Shown here piece by piece: positions 21,653 to 31,048 of a DNA stretch of 64,000 nt. The stretch's first letter is position 1. Each line of letters begins with the position of its first letter. The notes beneath the pieces are model-generated. The model did not search any database. It was not told the origin of the DNA and saw only the letters and a list, made by a program, of their open reading frames with translations. A program made the position numbers and the translations under genes. Source of the stretch: an uncultured Gemmatimonadales bacterium (lineage in GTDB: Bacteria; Gemmatimonadota; Gemmatimonadetes; Gemmatimonadales; Gemmatimonadaceae); NCBI GenBank assembly GCA_963707505.1, contig CAVPQB010000004.1:1280001-1344000 (forward strand), given 5' to 3'.

Positions 21653-22774
21653 TTAACGGCCCTTCGCGCCCTCTTCCACGCTCTTCAGAAACTGCCTGAA
21701 CAGCGGCTGCGCGTCGTGCGGTCCCGGAGCAGCCTCGGGATGATATTGCACGGCGAACACCGGCAGTGTGCGATGACGCAGCCCCTCGACCGACTTGTCG
21801 TTCAGGTTCACGTGCGTCACCTCGAGCTCGGGCGCGCCCGGAATACCGGTGTCGTCTCCCTTCACCGAGAAGCCATGATTCTGCGACGTGATCAGCACGC
21901 GTCCCGTCGCGACATCGAGCACTGGATGGTTTCCGCCACGATGCCCGTATGGCATCTTGGTCGTAGCGCCGCCAAATGCGAGACCGATTAGCTGGTGACC
22001 CAGGCAGATGCCGAACAACGGAATGCCGGAATTGGCCAGCTCGCGCACGGTCTCGGGCGCGTATGTGATCGCGTCCGGATCACCCGGGCCGTTGGACAGA
22101 AAGACGCCGTCCGGATGCATCGCGAGCACGTCCTTCGCCGGCGTCTCCGCTGGGACGATCGTCACTCGGCAATCAGTCTTCTCGAACAGCCGAAGGATAT
22201 TGCGCTTGATCCCGAAGTCATACGCTACGATGTGATGCGGCGCGTTCGCTTCGCCCCATTCGTAGCTCTCCTGCGTGCTCACCACGCTCGCGAGGTCGAG
22301 GCCTTCCATCGAAGGACAGGATTCGAGCTGAGCCACGACTTCAGGTGACGGACTCTCGCCGCGGCCGAGGATTCCGCGCATCACTCCGGCGGACCTCAAG
22401 TGCTTTGTGAGGCGGCGCGTATCGATGTCTTCCAGGATCGGAACGCCGGCTCCGGTCAGCCACGAAAGCAGATCACCGTCCGCGCGCCAGTTGGAATACG
22501 TCGCTGACAATTCGCGCACTACCACGCCCGCGACCTGTGCGCGCGCGGACTCGGGGTCTTCCAGATTGACACCGTAATTGCCGATCTGCGGCGCGGTCAT
22601 CACCACGATCTGGCCGCGGTAGGACGGATCAGAAAACACTTCCTGATAGCCGGTCATGTTCGTTGTGAAAACGACTTCAGCGCCCTCGACCGGCGGCTCG
22701 CCGTGGAGACGGCCGTGAAAAAGGGTTCCGTCTTCGAGAAGAAGGAACCCTGGACCAACTGAGACAGCTGCCAC
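21653..22774 (-). CDS. carA: Carbamoyl-phosphate synthase small subunit
   Basis: EVVFTTNMTGYQE, LSNGPGDP, GICLGHQ, QYHPEAAPGPHD. Confidence 0.97.
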   Translation of the reverse strand: MAAVSVGPGFLLLEDGTLFHGRLHGEPPVEGAEVVFTTNMTGYQEVFSDPSYRGQIVVMTAPQIGNYGVNLEDPESARAQVAGVVVRELSATYSNWRADGDLLSWLTGAGVPILEDIDTRRLTKHLRSAGVMRGILGRGESPSPEVVAQLESCPSMEGLDLASVVSTQESYEWGEANAPHHIVAYDFGIKRNILRLFEKTDCRVTIVPAETPAKDVLAMHPDGVFLSNGPGDPDAITYAPETVRELANSGIPLFGICLGHQLIGLAFGGATTKMPYGHRGGNHPVLDVATGRVLITSQNHGFSVKGDDTGIPGAPELEVTHVNLNDKSVEGLRHRTLPVFAVQYHPEAAPGPHDAQPLFRQFLKSVEEGAKGR

Positions 22775-22781
22775 GGAGTTC

Positions 22782-23171
22782 CTACTTCTTGGGAGGTGTG
22801 GTGGCAGGCGCAGGATTCGCCGGTGCCGGATTCGCCGGTGTGAGCGGTATCGCCGGAGCAGCGGAACTTGGCGATGGTACAGTCAGCGGAGCCGGAGCGC
22901 CCAGCTTGCCTTCGAGGACGGACTTCGGCGCGCGCTGCTGCGTCGACATCAACTGAAGGATGAAGGCGAGCGCGAGGAAGAGGCCGCCGCCCCACCAGGA
23001 GATCTTGGTGAGCAGATTGCCGGCCTGTCGTACTCCGATGAAGGAGTCGGGCGAGGAGCTGGCGCCGCCAAAGCTGGCGGATAGACCCTGACCGGTTCCG
23101 CTTTGCAGCAGAATCGCCACGATCAGGATGACGCTGACCAGGATCAGGAGGAATAGGAGAAATGTGTACAT
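22782..23171 (-). CDS. secG: Preprotein translocase subunit SecG
   Basis: ILLQSG.G.GLSASFGG, NLLTK, two TM helices; follows tpi. Confidence 0.93.
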   Translation of the reverse strand: MYTFLLFLLILVSVILIVAILLQSGTGQGLSASFGGASSSPDSFIGVRQAGNLLTKISWWGGGLFLALAFILQLMSTQQRAPKSVLEGKLGAPAPLTVPSPSSAAPAIPLTPANPAPANPAPATTPPKK

Positions 23172-23189
23172 GTAGCCCTTAAATCTAGA

Positions 23190-23936
23190 CTATGCGGAGC
23201 AGATGGACAACCAGCTATCCGGTTCCAGGCTGGCTCCGCCCACGAGCACGCCGTCCACGTTGTCCGCGGCCAGAATCTGCTCGACGTTGGCGGGGGTGAC
23301 GCTGCCGCCGTAAAGAATCCTGACCTCCGCGGCTCTATCACCTACGAGATCCCGGAGTACCGACCTGAGCACCCCATGTGTTTCTGCGGCATCTTGAGGA
23401 GTCGCGTTCTTGCCGGTTCCAATGGCCCAGACGGGCTCATACGCTATCACGGATGTGGTGAGCTCGACCTGGTCCAGTTGCGCAAGCCCAGCGCGGAGCT
23501 GGCGGGTCACGACGCTCGCCGTCTCGCCGCGATTGCGCTCATCCAGTGTCTCGCCAACGCACAGAAGCGGCGTCAATCCGGAACGTTCGACCATGGCGCA
23601 TTTTTTCGCAGTGTCTTCGTCGGTCTCGCCGAACACGTGCCGGCGTTCCGAATGTCCGACCAGCACGTAATCCGCGCCCGCGTCCTTCGCCATCGGCGCC
23701 GAGTTCTCACCGGTGAACGCACCACGCTCGGCGTAATAGACATTCTGAACACCAAATTTGAACGGCGACGGATCGCCCGCAGCAGCGCGCGCGGAAGCGA
23801 ACGAGAGCGCCGGCGGAAAGATGATCATCTCGACGTCGAAACGACGCCAGCGATGCCGTAATTCAGACACGATTCCAGCGGCCGCGGTTGGGCCGTGGTT
23901 CATCTTCCAGTTGGCGGCGAAGATCTGCTGTCTCAT
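23190..23936 (-). CDS. tpiA: Triosephosphate isomerase (appears in frame with pgk in this sequence)
   Basis: AANWKMN, GAFTGE, VGHSERR, AYEPVWAIGTG, YGGSV, LVGGASL; own ATG at 23936. Confidence 0.95.
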   Translation of the reverse strand: MRQQIFAANWKMNHGPTAAAGIVSELRHRWRRFDVEMIIFPPALSFASARAAAGDPSPFKFGVQNVYYAERGAFTGENSAPMAKDAGADYVLVGHSERRHVFGETDEDTAKKCAMVERSGLTPLLCVGETLDERNRGETASVVTRQLRAGLAQLDQVELTTSVIAYEPVWAIGTGKNATPQDAAETHGVLRSVLRDLVGDRAAEVRILYGGSVTPANVEQILAADNVDGVLVGGASLEPDSWLSICSA

Positions 23937-25130
23937 GCGTCGTCGAGCGCACATGACACCAGGCAATGGCTTCCCTTCCATGAATTCGAGCGACGCGCCG
24001 CCGCCGGTCGACACGTGACTCATCTTGTCTTCGAATCCCGATTCAGCGATTGCGGCAGCCGAGTCACCGCCGCCGACAATCGTCGTTGCACCCTTCGCCG
24101 TCGCTTCGGCCATCGCCTTCGCGATCAGCAGCGTACCTGCGTCATACGGCGGTTTCTCGAACACGCCCATCGGCCCGTTCCACACGACCGTCTTCGCTGC
24201 GGCGATCGCGCGCGAGTACGAGAGGATCGTATCCGGACCAATGTCAAACATGGCCTCGTTTGCGGGAATCGCATCACGCTTGACTACGTGCATGTGATCA
24301 ACATCATCCAGGCTCGGCGCAACCATTGCGTCGTGCGGGAGGATCAATCGTGTACCCGATGTCTCGATGAGCTCGTGCGCAAGATCCACCTTGTCCAGCT
24401 CGACGAGCGACTTGCCGACTTCGTAGCCCATCGCCTTGTAGAACGTGCACGCCATCGCTCCGCCGATCAAAAGCGCATCGACTTTCGGAAGCAGCTCGCG
24501 TATGACGTCGATCTTGCCGGATATCTTGGAGCCGCCGAGTATCGCGACGAATGGACGCTTGGGATCGGCGAGCGCGCCACCGAGGTAGTCCAGCTCCTTC
24601 TGCATCAACAATCCGGCGACGGCGGGATGCAGATACTTCGCGACGCCGGCGGTGGATGCGTGCGCACGATGCGCGGCGCCGAACGCATCGTTCACGAACA
24701 CGTCGCCGAGCTCTGCGAACGTGCGCGCGAGTCGATCGTCGTTCTTCTCCTCACCTGCGAGAAAGCGGGTGTTCTCGAGCAGGAGAATCTCGCCGTCGAC
24801 CAACTCGTGCGATGCTTTGATCGCCTCGTCGGTATCCGTAGTCTCGCAGAATACGACGTGATGACCGCTCAGTCGCTCGAGCACATCTGCGACCGGCTGC
24901 AGCGAATAGCGCTCGTCCGGTTTGCCCTTGGGTCGGCCGAGGTGCGAGAGCACCACGGGACGCCCGCCGCGCTCGAGTATGTAGCTGAGGGTGGGAAGCG
25001 ACGCCCGGATTCGAGTGTCATCTGTAACGTTACACTTGTCATCGAGCGGAACGTTCAGATCGAGCCGCACGAGTATTCGGCGCGAGCAGAGCAGCGAATC
25101 TGGCAGATCGCGGATCGTCTTCTTCTTCAC
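23933..25130 (-). CDS. pgk: Phosphoglycerate kinase
   Basis: DLNVP, SHLGRP, LLENTRF, DAFGAAHRAHAS, WNGPMGVFE, STGGGASLE; natural stop probably at 23933-23935, masked by one extra base. Confidence 0.95.
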
Positions 25131-25140
25131 GCGCCGACGC

Positions 25141-26160
25141 TCAGCTGAGGCGTGCGCTGACGAATCGTATCAGATCCACGCAGCGTGATGCGTAGCCCCA
25201 CTCGTTGTCATACCAGCCGGAGACCTTCACCATGGTGCCGTCGATGACATTGGTGTTGAGCGAATCGAAGATGCACGAGTACGGATCGCCGATGTAGTCG
25301 CACGAGACGAGTGGAACGTCCGTGTACTTCAGGAATCCGTTGAGAGGTCCGCCGGCGGCCGCTTCACGAAACGCGGTGTTCACTGCCTCGATGCTGGTCG
25401 GCTTCTCGACCTCGACCGTGAGCTCGGTGAGCGATACGTCCACAGTCGGAACGCGAATCGCGATTCCGTCGATCCTGCCCTTCACTTCCGGTATCACGAG
25501 ACCGGTTGCCTTTGCGGCGCCAGTCGTCGTCGGAATCATGGAGACAGCAGCAGCGCGTGCGCGACGCAAGTCCTTATGGGGCGAATCGAGAAGCTGCTGG
25601 TCGTTGGTGTAACTGTGAATCGTCACCATCGACGCGTGCTTGAATCCGAACGAATCGCGAATGACCTTCACCATCGGCGCCAGACAGTTGGTGGTGCACG
25701 ACGCATTGGAGATGACGTGATGACTCTTCGCGTCGTACTTGTCGGAGTTGACACCCATCACGAGAGTGATGTCCTCGCCCTTGCCCGGCGCGGAGATGAT
25801 GACCTTTCGTGCACCGCCGTCGTCTATGTGCTTGCGCGCGTCCGTGGCGTTGGTAAAGCGGCCGGTGGCCTCGAGCACTATGTCGACACCAAGCTGGCGC
25901 CACGGCAGGAGGCCGGGATCGCGCTCGGTCAGGACTTTCACATCGTGGCCGTCGATGTGCACCATCCCGTCGCCGTGCGACACGTCGCCCTCGAAGGTGC
26001 CATGGACGGAGTCGTACTTGAAGAGATGCGCAAGCGTACGCGTGTCGGTGAGGTCGTTGACCGCGACGAAATCGATGTCGGCTACTTCCTGTTCCAGCGC
26101 GGCACGAAGCACCTGCCGTCCGATTCGTCCAAAGCCGTTGATGCCAACACGAATTGCCAT
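25141..26160 (-). CDS. gap: Glyceraldehyde-3-phosphate dehydrogenase type I
   Basis: GINGFGRIGR, SNASCTTNCLAP, WYDNEWGY. Confidence 0.97.
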   Translation of the reverse strand: MAIRVGINGFGRIGRQVLRAALEQEVADIDFVAVNDLTDTRTLAHLFKYDSVHGTFEGDVSHGDGMVHIDGHDVKVLTERDPGLLPWRQLGVDIVLEATGRFTNATDARKHIDDGGARKVIISAPGKGEDITLVMGVNSDKYDAKSHHVISNASCTTNCLAPMVKVIRDSFGFKHASMVTIHSYTNDQQLLDSPHKDLRRARAAAVSMIPTTTGAAKATGLVIPEVKGRIDGIAIRVPTVDVSLTELTVEVEKPTSIEAVNTAFREAAAGGPLNGFLKYTDVPLVSCDYIGDPYSCIFDSLNTNVIDGTMVKVSGWYDNEWGYASRCVDLIRFVSARLS

Positions 26161-26173
26161 GTTTCTATCCTCG

Positions 26174-26950
26174 CTAAGGCATGTCGCCCGCTGCGCGGGC
26201 TCGCCCGAATGTGACGTAAGAGATGATGCGCGCGCCTCCGGTGTGAAGCGCGTTCGCGCAAGCGTTCAGTGTGGCCGCGGTGGTCACGACGTCGTCCACC
26301 AGCACCACGTGTCGTCCGGCTAATTCCCTGCCCTCAAGAACAGTAGCGAATGCGCCGGCCACATTGCGCAGACGATCGCCGGGCGTCAGGCGCGTCTGGG
26401 TCTCGGTAGCTCGGCGCCTAACGAGTGCTTCCTGCACGGCGATGCCCCACCGCTCACCCAGAAGGCGCGCCAGAAGCTCGCTCTGGTTGTAGCCGCGCTC
26501 GCGAGCCCGTGCTGGGGCAAGCGGCACGGGAACGAGCAGATCGCGCTCCTCGGTGACGTCCAGAGGAAAATTAAGCCGCGCCATTTGTTCTGCCATTGGC
26601 TCGGCGAGCGCGGTCCAGCCGGAATACTTGAGCTTGTGGACTATTTCGCCTGCCGGGCCACCCGGCACCCAGCAGACGGATCTGACGGCCCTGACGAATG
26701 GTGGCAGCGCCTCACACCAGCGGCAGGAGCCGGGCGACCGCGGGTGTCCGCAGCGCGCGCACTGTGGCGCCGGCAGCCGGGCGAGCCGACTCAGGCACAG
26801 GGTGCAGAGAACCCTGTGATCCGACTCACCAAGCGCCCCGTCGCAGCAGACACAGGTGCGGGGGAGGAGAAAGTCGAGCGTCGACCGGAACGCAACGGCG
26901 GACCAGGTTTCGAGGAGGCGACGGCTGTCTCTGAGCGTAACGGAGACCAT
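26174..26950 (-). CDS. comF: ComF family protein
   Basis: Double Zn ribbon CxxC motifs, LKY, RGYNQSELL, LVDDVVTT. Confidence 0.9.
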   Translation of the reverse strand: MVSVTLRDSRRLLETWSAVAFRSTLDFLLPRTCVCCDGALGESDHRVLCTLCLSRLARLPAPQCARCGHPRSPGSCRWCEALPPFVRAVRSVCWVPGGPAGEIVHKLKYSGWTALAEPMAEQMARLNFPLDVTEERDLLVPVPLAPARARERGYNQSELLARLLGERWGIAVQEALVRRRATETQTRLTPGDRLRNVAGAFATVLEGRELAGRHVVLVDDVVTTAATLNACANALHTGGARIISYVTFGRARAAGDMP

Positions 26951-27020
26951 TGATCTGGAATGGATGCGGCCCACAAAGCGTAGTCGTTCCTGCTATCGCG
27001 GGAATGATGACTCTCGGTCT

Positions 27021-27827
27021 CTACCCCAGCGCACCCCACATCACCTCGCGATTCGGCTCGACGCCCAGCCACCTGCGAAATGATCGCGCCGCCTGCTCTA
27101 CCAGCATCGGCAGTCCATCTGAGGCCGCATGCCCTGCGTCGCGTGCCGCTCGCACCCACGCCGTTTCGCCGTGGCGGTAAACAAGATCCAGCACGGGGCA
27201 CTTTTCGGGCAAGGCGGCAATCGGCACGGGAAGCTCGTCATCCGACATTCCCATCGGTGTTGCATTTACGACAAGATCGGCACCCTTCACCGCTGACAAC
27301 AGGTCTGCTTCCGCGCGCGTGCGAGCAAATCGATGCGCGAGTGTCTCTGCACGCTTAAGGTCGCGACTCCAGATCACGAGCTCGGTGTCATCCCAATCAC
27401 AAATCGCGGTTGCAGCGGCGGCGGCAGCCCCACCGGCCCCGACGAGCGCCACGCGCTTCGGCATCTCGGAGCGCGCGCTCAGCATCAATTCACGCGCCGC
27501 GAAGTCGAAGCCGGCTACATCGGTGTTGTCGCCGATCAGCGCGCCCTCCTGTACCCAGAATGTGTTCACTGCACCCGCTCGCTCCGCGACGTTGGTAACA
27601 TGGTCGCAGATGTCGAACACCGATTGCTTGTGCGGAATAGTGATGTTTCCGGCTGCCCCTTCAACGCGGAGTGCGCGTAGCATCGCGCGCAACTGCGCGG
27701 GCAGTATGTCGAGAGCGACATATTCGAGCGGTATTGCGGCTGCGCGCAATGCCGCGTTATGGATTCTCGGTGAGAGCGAGTGCGCTACAGGATGGCCAAG
27801 CAGCACCAGCCGCGCGGGACGGTTCAC
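27021..27827 (-). CDS. aroE: Shikimate dehydrogenase
   Basis: HSLSPRIHN, NITIPHK, GAVNT, NTD, GAGGAA, NATPMG, DGLPMLVEQA. Confidence 0.95.
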   Translation of the reverse strand: MNRPARLVLLGHPVAHSLSPRIHNAALRAAAIPLEYVALDILPAQLRAMLRALRVEGAAGNITIPHKQSVFDICDHVTNVAERAGAVNTFWVQEGALIGDNTDVAGFDFAARELMLSARSEMPKRVALVGAGGAAAAAATAICDWDDTELVIWSRDLKRAETLAHRFARTRAEADLLSAVKGADLVVNATPMGMSDDELPVPIAALPEKCPVLDLVYRHGETAWVRAARDAGHAASDGLPMLVEQAARSFRRWLGVEPNREVMWGALG

Positions 27828-28291
27828 GCTGTGCCCGAGGTGTGTTCAGAGAGTAACCGGTCGAGCACGGGTTCGAGCATCATTTCGATTGCATCCGCGG
27901 CTATGCGGTAATCGTCGAGATTGCCACCGTAGGGATCCGCGACTGGTCGCATCGATTTGCCGTGCGAGCCGTACTCATCGAGCAGGTAAACGCGTGCGTG
28001 GGGCACTACCGATCGAATTCCCGCGAGATGGCTCGATGCCATGGCGAGTATGATCGTGTCGCTCGAGACCGCTGCTGGAAGCAGAGGACGACTGCGATGT
28101 CTGGACAGATCAACGTCACGCTCGAGTCCGACCAGAATTGCACCGTCGGTCGCGGGTGATCCAAGCGCTGCACCTGTTCCGGCGCTCGCAAACGTCGCAT
28201 CGATGCCGCGCGCTTGCGCCGCGCGCCGCGCGAGCGCTTCCGCAAGCGGACTCCTGCACGTGTTGCCGGTGCAAACGAATATCACCTTCAT
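27824..28291 (-). CDS. Low-molecular-weight protein (Tyr/Arg) phosphatase
   Basis: VCTGNTCRSPLAE P-loop, DPYGG; ATG 28291. Confidence 0.92.
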   Translation of the reverse strand: MKVIFVCTGNTCRSPLAEALARRAAQARGIDATFASAGTGAALGSPATDGAILVGLERDVDLSRHRSRPLLPAAVSSDTIILAMASSHLAGIRSVVPHARVYLLDEYGSHGKSMRPVADPYGGNLDDYRIAADAIEMMLEPVLDRLLSEHTSGTA

Positions 28292-28959
28292 GCGATCGGT
28301 ACCAAGGTGGGTGCAGCCAGCCGGAGCGTCTCGGAGGAGATCGCACCCGGCCGAATGACGCGCGGTCGAGCACCCATGCAATCTACAACTGTGGATGGCT
28401 CCGATTGCCGGAGTGTCCCGCCGTCCAGCACGCGAAGCCTGTCACGTGCGACGGCGTCCCACCAGTCGCGCAGAATCGTCGCTGCAGAATCTGCGGGCGG
28501 TGTCCCGGGCCTGTTCGCGCTCGTGGATGTGATCGGGTCGCCGTATGCGCGGATCAGTCTGCCGAGCGCCACATGGGACGTCCACCGAACAGCCACGCCG
28601 CCTTCGGGGCCGCGCAGCTCCGGCGGCACGCGTTTGTCTCCGCCTGGCAGAACGAGCGTCAGCGGTCCGGGCCAGAATCGTGCGGCAAGCGACGACGCTG
28701 CATGTGTCATGTGAAGATCCAGTCGTGACAGCATGTCGACGCCGGCAACGAGCAGAAGAAATGGCTTGCCGCGCGGACGCGACTTGAGCGCGACGAGATT
28801 GCGTACGGATTCGTAGTCCGCCCCGCCGCCGAAACCGTACACAGTTTCGGTGGGATAGGCGAGCACGCGTCGCTGATTGAGATGCGCGATCGTATCATGC
28901 AGCGACGCCTCGACTTCCTCTTCGGACCAGAATGGAACCGCGCGCGGAGGTACTTTCAT
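28288..28959 (-). CDS. tsaC: L-threonylcarbamoyladenylate synthase (Sua5/YrdC)
   Basis: YPTETVYG, K.RP..KP, FWPGPLTL, STSAN, STVVD. Confidence 0.92.
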   Translation of the reverse strand: MKVPPRAVPFWSEEEVEASLHDTIAHLNQRRVLAYPTETVYGFGGGADYESVRNLVALKSRPRGKPFLLLVAGVDMLSRLDLHMTHAASSLAARFWPGPLTLVLPGGDKRVPPELRGPEGGVAVRWTSHVALGRLIRAYGDPITSTSANRPGTPPADSAATILRDWWDAVARDRLRVLDGGTLRQSEPSTVVDCMGARPRVIRPGAISSETLRLAAPTLVPIA

Positions 28960-29654
28960 TCGCTGAGCATGCTCAGCGCTTCGGCGCGCGCGAAATCAGC
29001 TTCGGTGGTGACCTTCATAGCTCGCTCGCTGCCGGGAATCACGACGACCGGATATCCATAGTGTTCGCACAACGCAGCATCATCGGTGCCGGAAATTCCT
29101 TCGCGATTGGCGCGCCGCGTCACGTCGTCGATCATTTCGCGCGGGAACGCCTGAGGTGTCTGCGCGCGCCAGAGACCGCCGCGCTCGACGGTCTGCGTGA
29201 TCCTGCCGTCTGCATCAACGCGCTTCAGCGTATCGATTTCCGGAAGGGCTGCGATGGCGCCGGTTCCGTTCCGCGCCGCCGCAATGACAGCATCTACTGT
29301 TGTCCCGAGGACCAGTGGACGCGCCGCGTCGTGGATCACGACGATGCGCGCTTCAACCGGGAGATCATCGAGGCCGCTGCGCACGGAGGCACCGCGCTGG
29401 GAGCCTCCCACTCCGATCAGTAATCGGCTCAGATCGCTCTGAAAGATCCATGGCGGCGGATCACCGGCGTACTGTTTCGGAAGCACGGCAACTACCATGC
29501 ACACGTCGGCACGTTGCTGAAATAGCTGTACGCTGTGCAGCAGCATCGGCTTGCCGGCGACCCAGCGAAATTGTTTCAGCTCATTGGAGCCGGTGCGCGT
29601 GCCGGTCCCACCGGCGACTATTACCACGCCGACGTCCTGCACCGTTTCCGTCAT
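28956..29654 (-). CDS. ispD: 2-C-methyl-D-erythritol 4-phosphate cytidylyltransferase
   Basis: AGG.GTR..KQF, IHDAARP, AQTPQAF, TDDA, KVTT..D. Confidence 0.95.
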   Translation of the reverse strand: MTETVQDVGVVIVAGGTGTRTGSNELKQFRWVAGKPMLLHSVQLFQQRADVCMVVAVLPKQYAGDPPPWIFQSDLSRLLIGVGGSQRGASVRSGLDDLPVEARIVVIHDAARPLVLGTTVDAVIAAARNGTGAIAALPEIDTLKRVDADGRITQTVERGGLWRAQTPQAFPREMIDDVTRRANREGISGTDDAALCEHYGYPVVVIPGSERAMKVTTEADFARAEALSMLSE

Positions 29655-31048
29655 GAAAACAGTCGCTTGAACATTTCAGCGATCGTCGCAACGCCGGTGG
29701 CCTTCACGTCCCTTGGAATGCGGCCGCTGGCCGACCGTTGCGCCACAAAAGCGTTGCGCATTCCCATCTTCGCCGCCTCGGCGAGGCGACGCTCGGTCTG
29801 CGCGACGGGACGAATCTCACCGCCCAGTCCCACCTCGCCGATGAATACGGCATCGGACGGCAACGCACGATCGTACACGCTCGATGCAAGCGCGGCTGCG
29901 ACCGCAAGATCGCCCGCCGGTTCTCGCAACTGGACGCCCCCGACGACGTTGATGAACACGTCGAGCGACGAGAACGAGAGTCCTGCACGCTTGTCCAGAA
30001 CCGCGAGCAGCAGAGCGAGCTTGCGTCCGTCGTACCCTGTGCTCACTCGCTGCGGAGTACCGTAACCGGCCTTGGCCGCGAGCGCCTGGACTTCGATCAG
30101 AATCGGACGGGATCCTTCCAGCAGCGTGGTTACGGCGCTGCCCGAGGCGATGTCGTGTCTGTCACCAAGGAATAGCTCGGATGGATTCGCAACCGGCTCG
30201 AGTCCATTCTCGTGCATGCGAAAGACGCCGATCTCATCCACGCTGCCAAAGCGATTCTTCGTTGCGCGCAGCACGCGGTGATCCAGCGTGCCCTCGCCCT
30301 CGAAATAGAGAACCGTATCGACGATGTGCTCGAGCGTCTTGGGCCCTGCAATGCCGCCGCCCTTGGTGACGTGCCCGACGAGGAACACGCTCGTCCCGGA
30401 CGCCTTGGCGAAATGCATGAGGCGAGCAGCCGACTCGCGCACCTGTCCCACGTTTCCGGGGGCGCCTTCGAGATCGGATGTGAATACGGTCTGGATCGAA
30501 TCGACGATCATCACCGCAGGTGCTTGCGCAGATGCGGTTGCCAGGATCGTCTCGAGATTCGTCTCGCTCAACAACGCGACGTTCTGCGCCGAATCACCGA
30601 GTCTGTCAGCGCGCAGCTTGACCTGAAGCGGTGACTCTTCACCGGACACGTACAGTACTTCGTGCTCGCGTCCCTGCAGCGTGGCTGCGACCTGAAGCAG
30701 CAACGTGGATTTTCCGATACCGGGTTCGCCGCCGATGAGTACGACAGATCCCGGGACGATGCCACCGCCGAGCACGAAATCGAATTCACCGATCCCGGTC
30801 TTCCATCGCCGCGCTTCGGAGCCGTGTACGTCGCGGAGACGTGGCGCCGCGATCGCAGTCCCGCCAGCGGATAGCGATGCCGTCCCGCCCCGGCGGCGCG
30901 CGCTTGCTCCCGTCGCACTCGCGGGTGCGGATACGATCTCCTCGACCAGAGTGTTCCAGTCACCGCAAACGTCGCAGCGGCCGGCCCACTTCGGATGATC
31001 AGCTCCGCAATTGGTGCATCTGTAGATCGTTCTCGCCTTTGGACTCAC
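29651..31048 (-). CDS. radA: DNA repair protein RadA/Sms
   Basis: C4 zinc finger, GGEPGIGKST, KNRFG, Lon-like C-terminus. Confidence 0.97.
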   Translation of the reverse strand: MSPKARTIYRCTNCGADHPKWAGRCDVCGDWNTLVEEIVSAPASATGASARRRGGTASLSAGGTAIAAPRLRDVHGSEARRWKTGIGEFDFVLGGGIVPGSVVLIGGEPGIGKSTLLLQVAATLQGREHEVLYVSGEESPLQVKLRADRLGDSAQNVALLSETNLETILATASAQAPAVMIVDSIQTVFTSDLEGAPGNVGQVRESAARLMHFAKASGTSVFLVGHVTKGGGIAGPKTLEHIVDTVLYFEGEGTLDHRVLRATKNRFGSVDEIGVFRMHENGLEPVANPSELFLGDRHDIASGSAVTTLLEGSRPILIEVQALAAKAGYGTPQRVSTGYDGRKLALLLAVLDKRAGLSFSSLDVFINVVGGVQLREPAGDLAVAAALASSVYDRALPSDAVFIGEVGLGGEIRPVAQTERRLAEAAKMGMRNAFVAQRSASGRIPRDVKATGVATIAEMFKRLFS

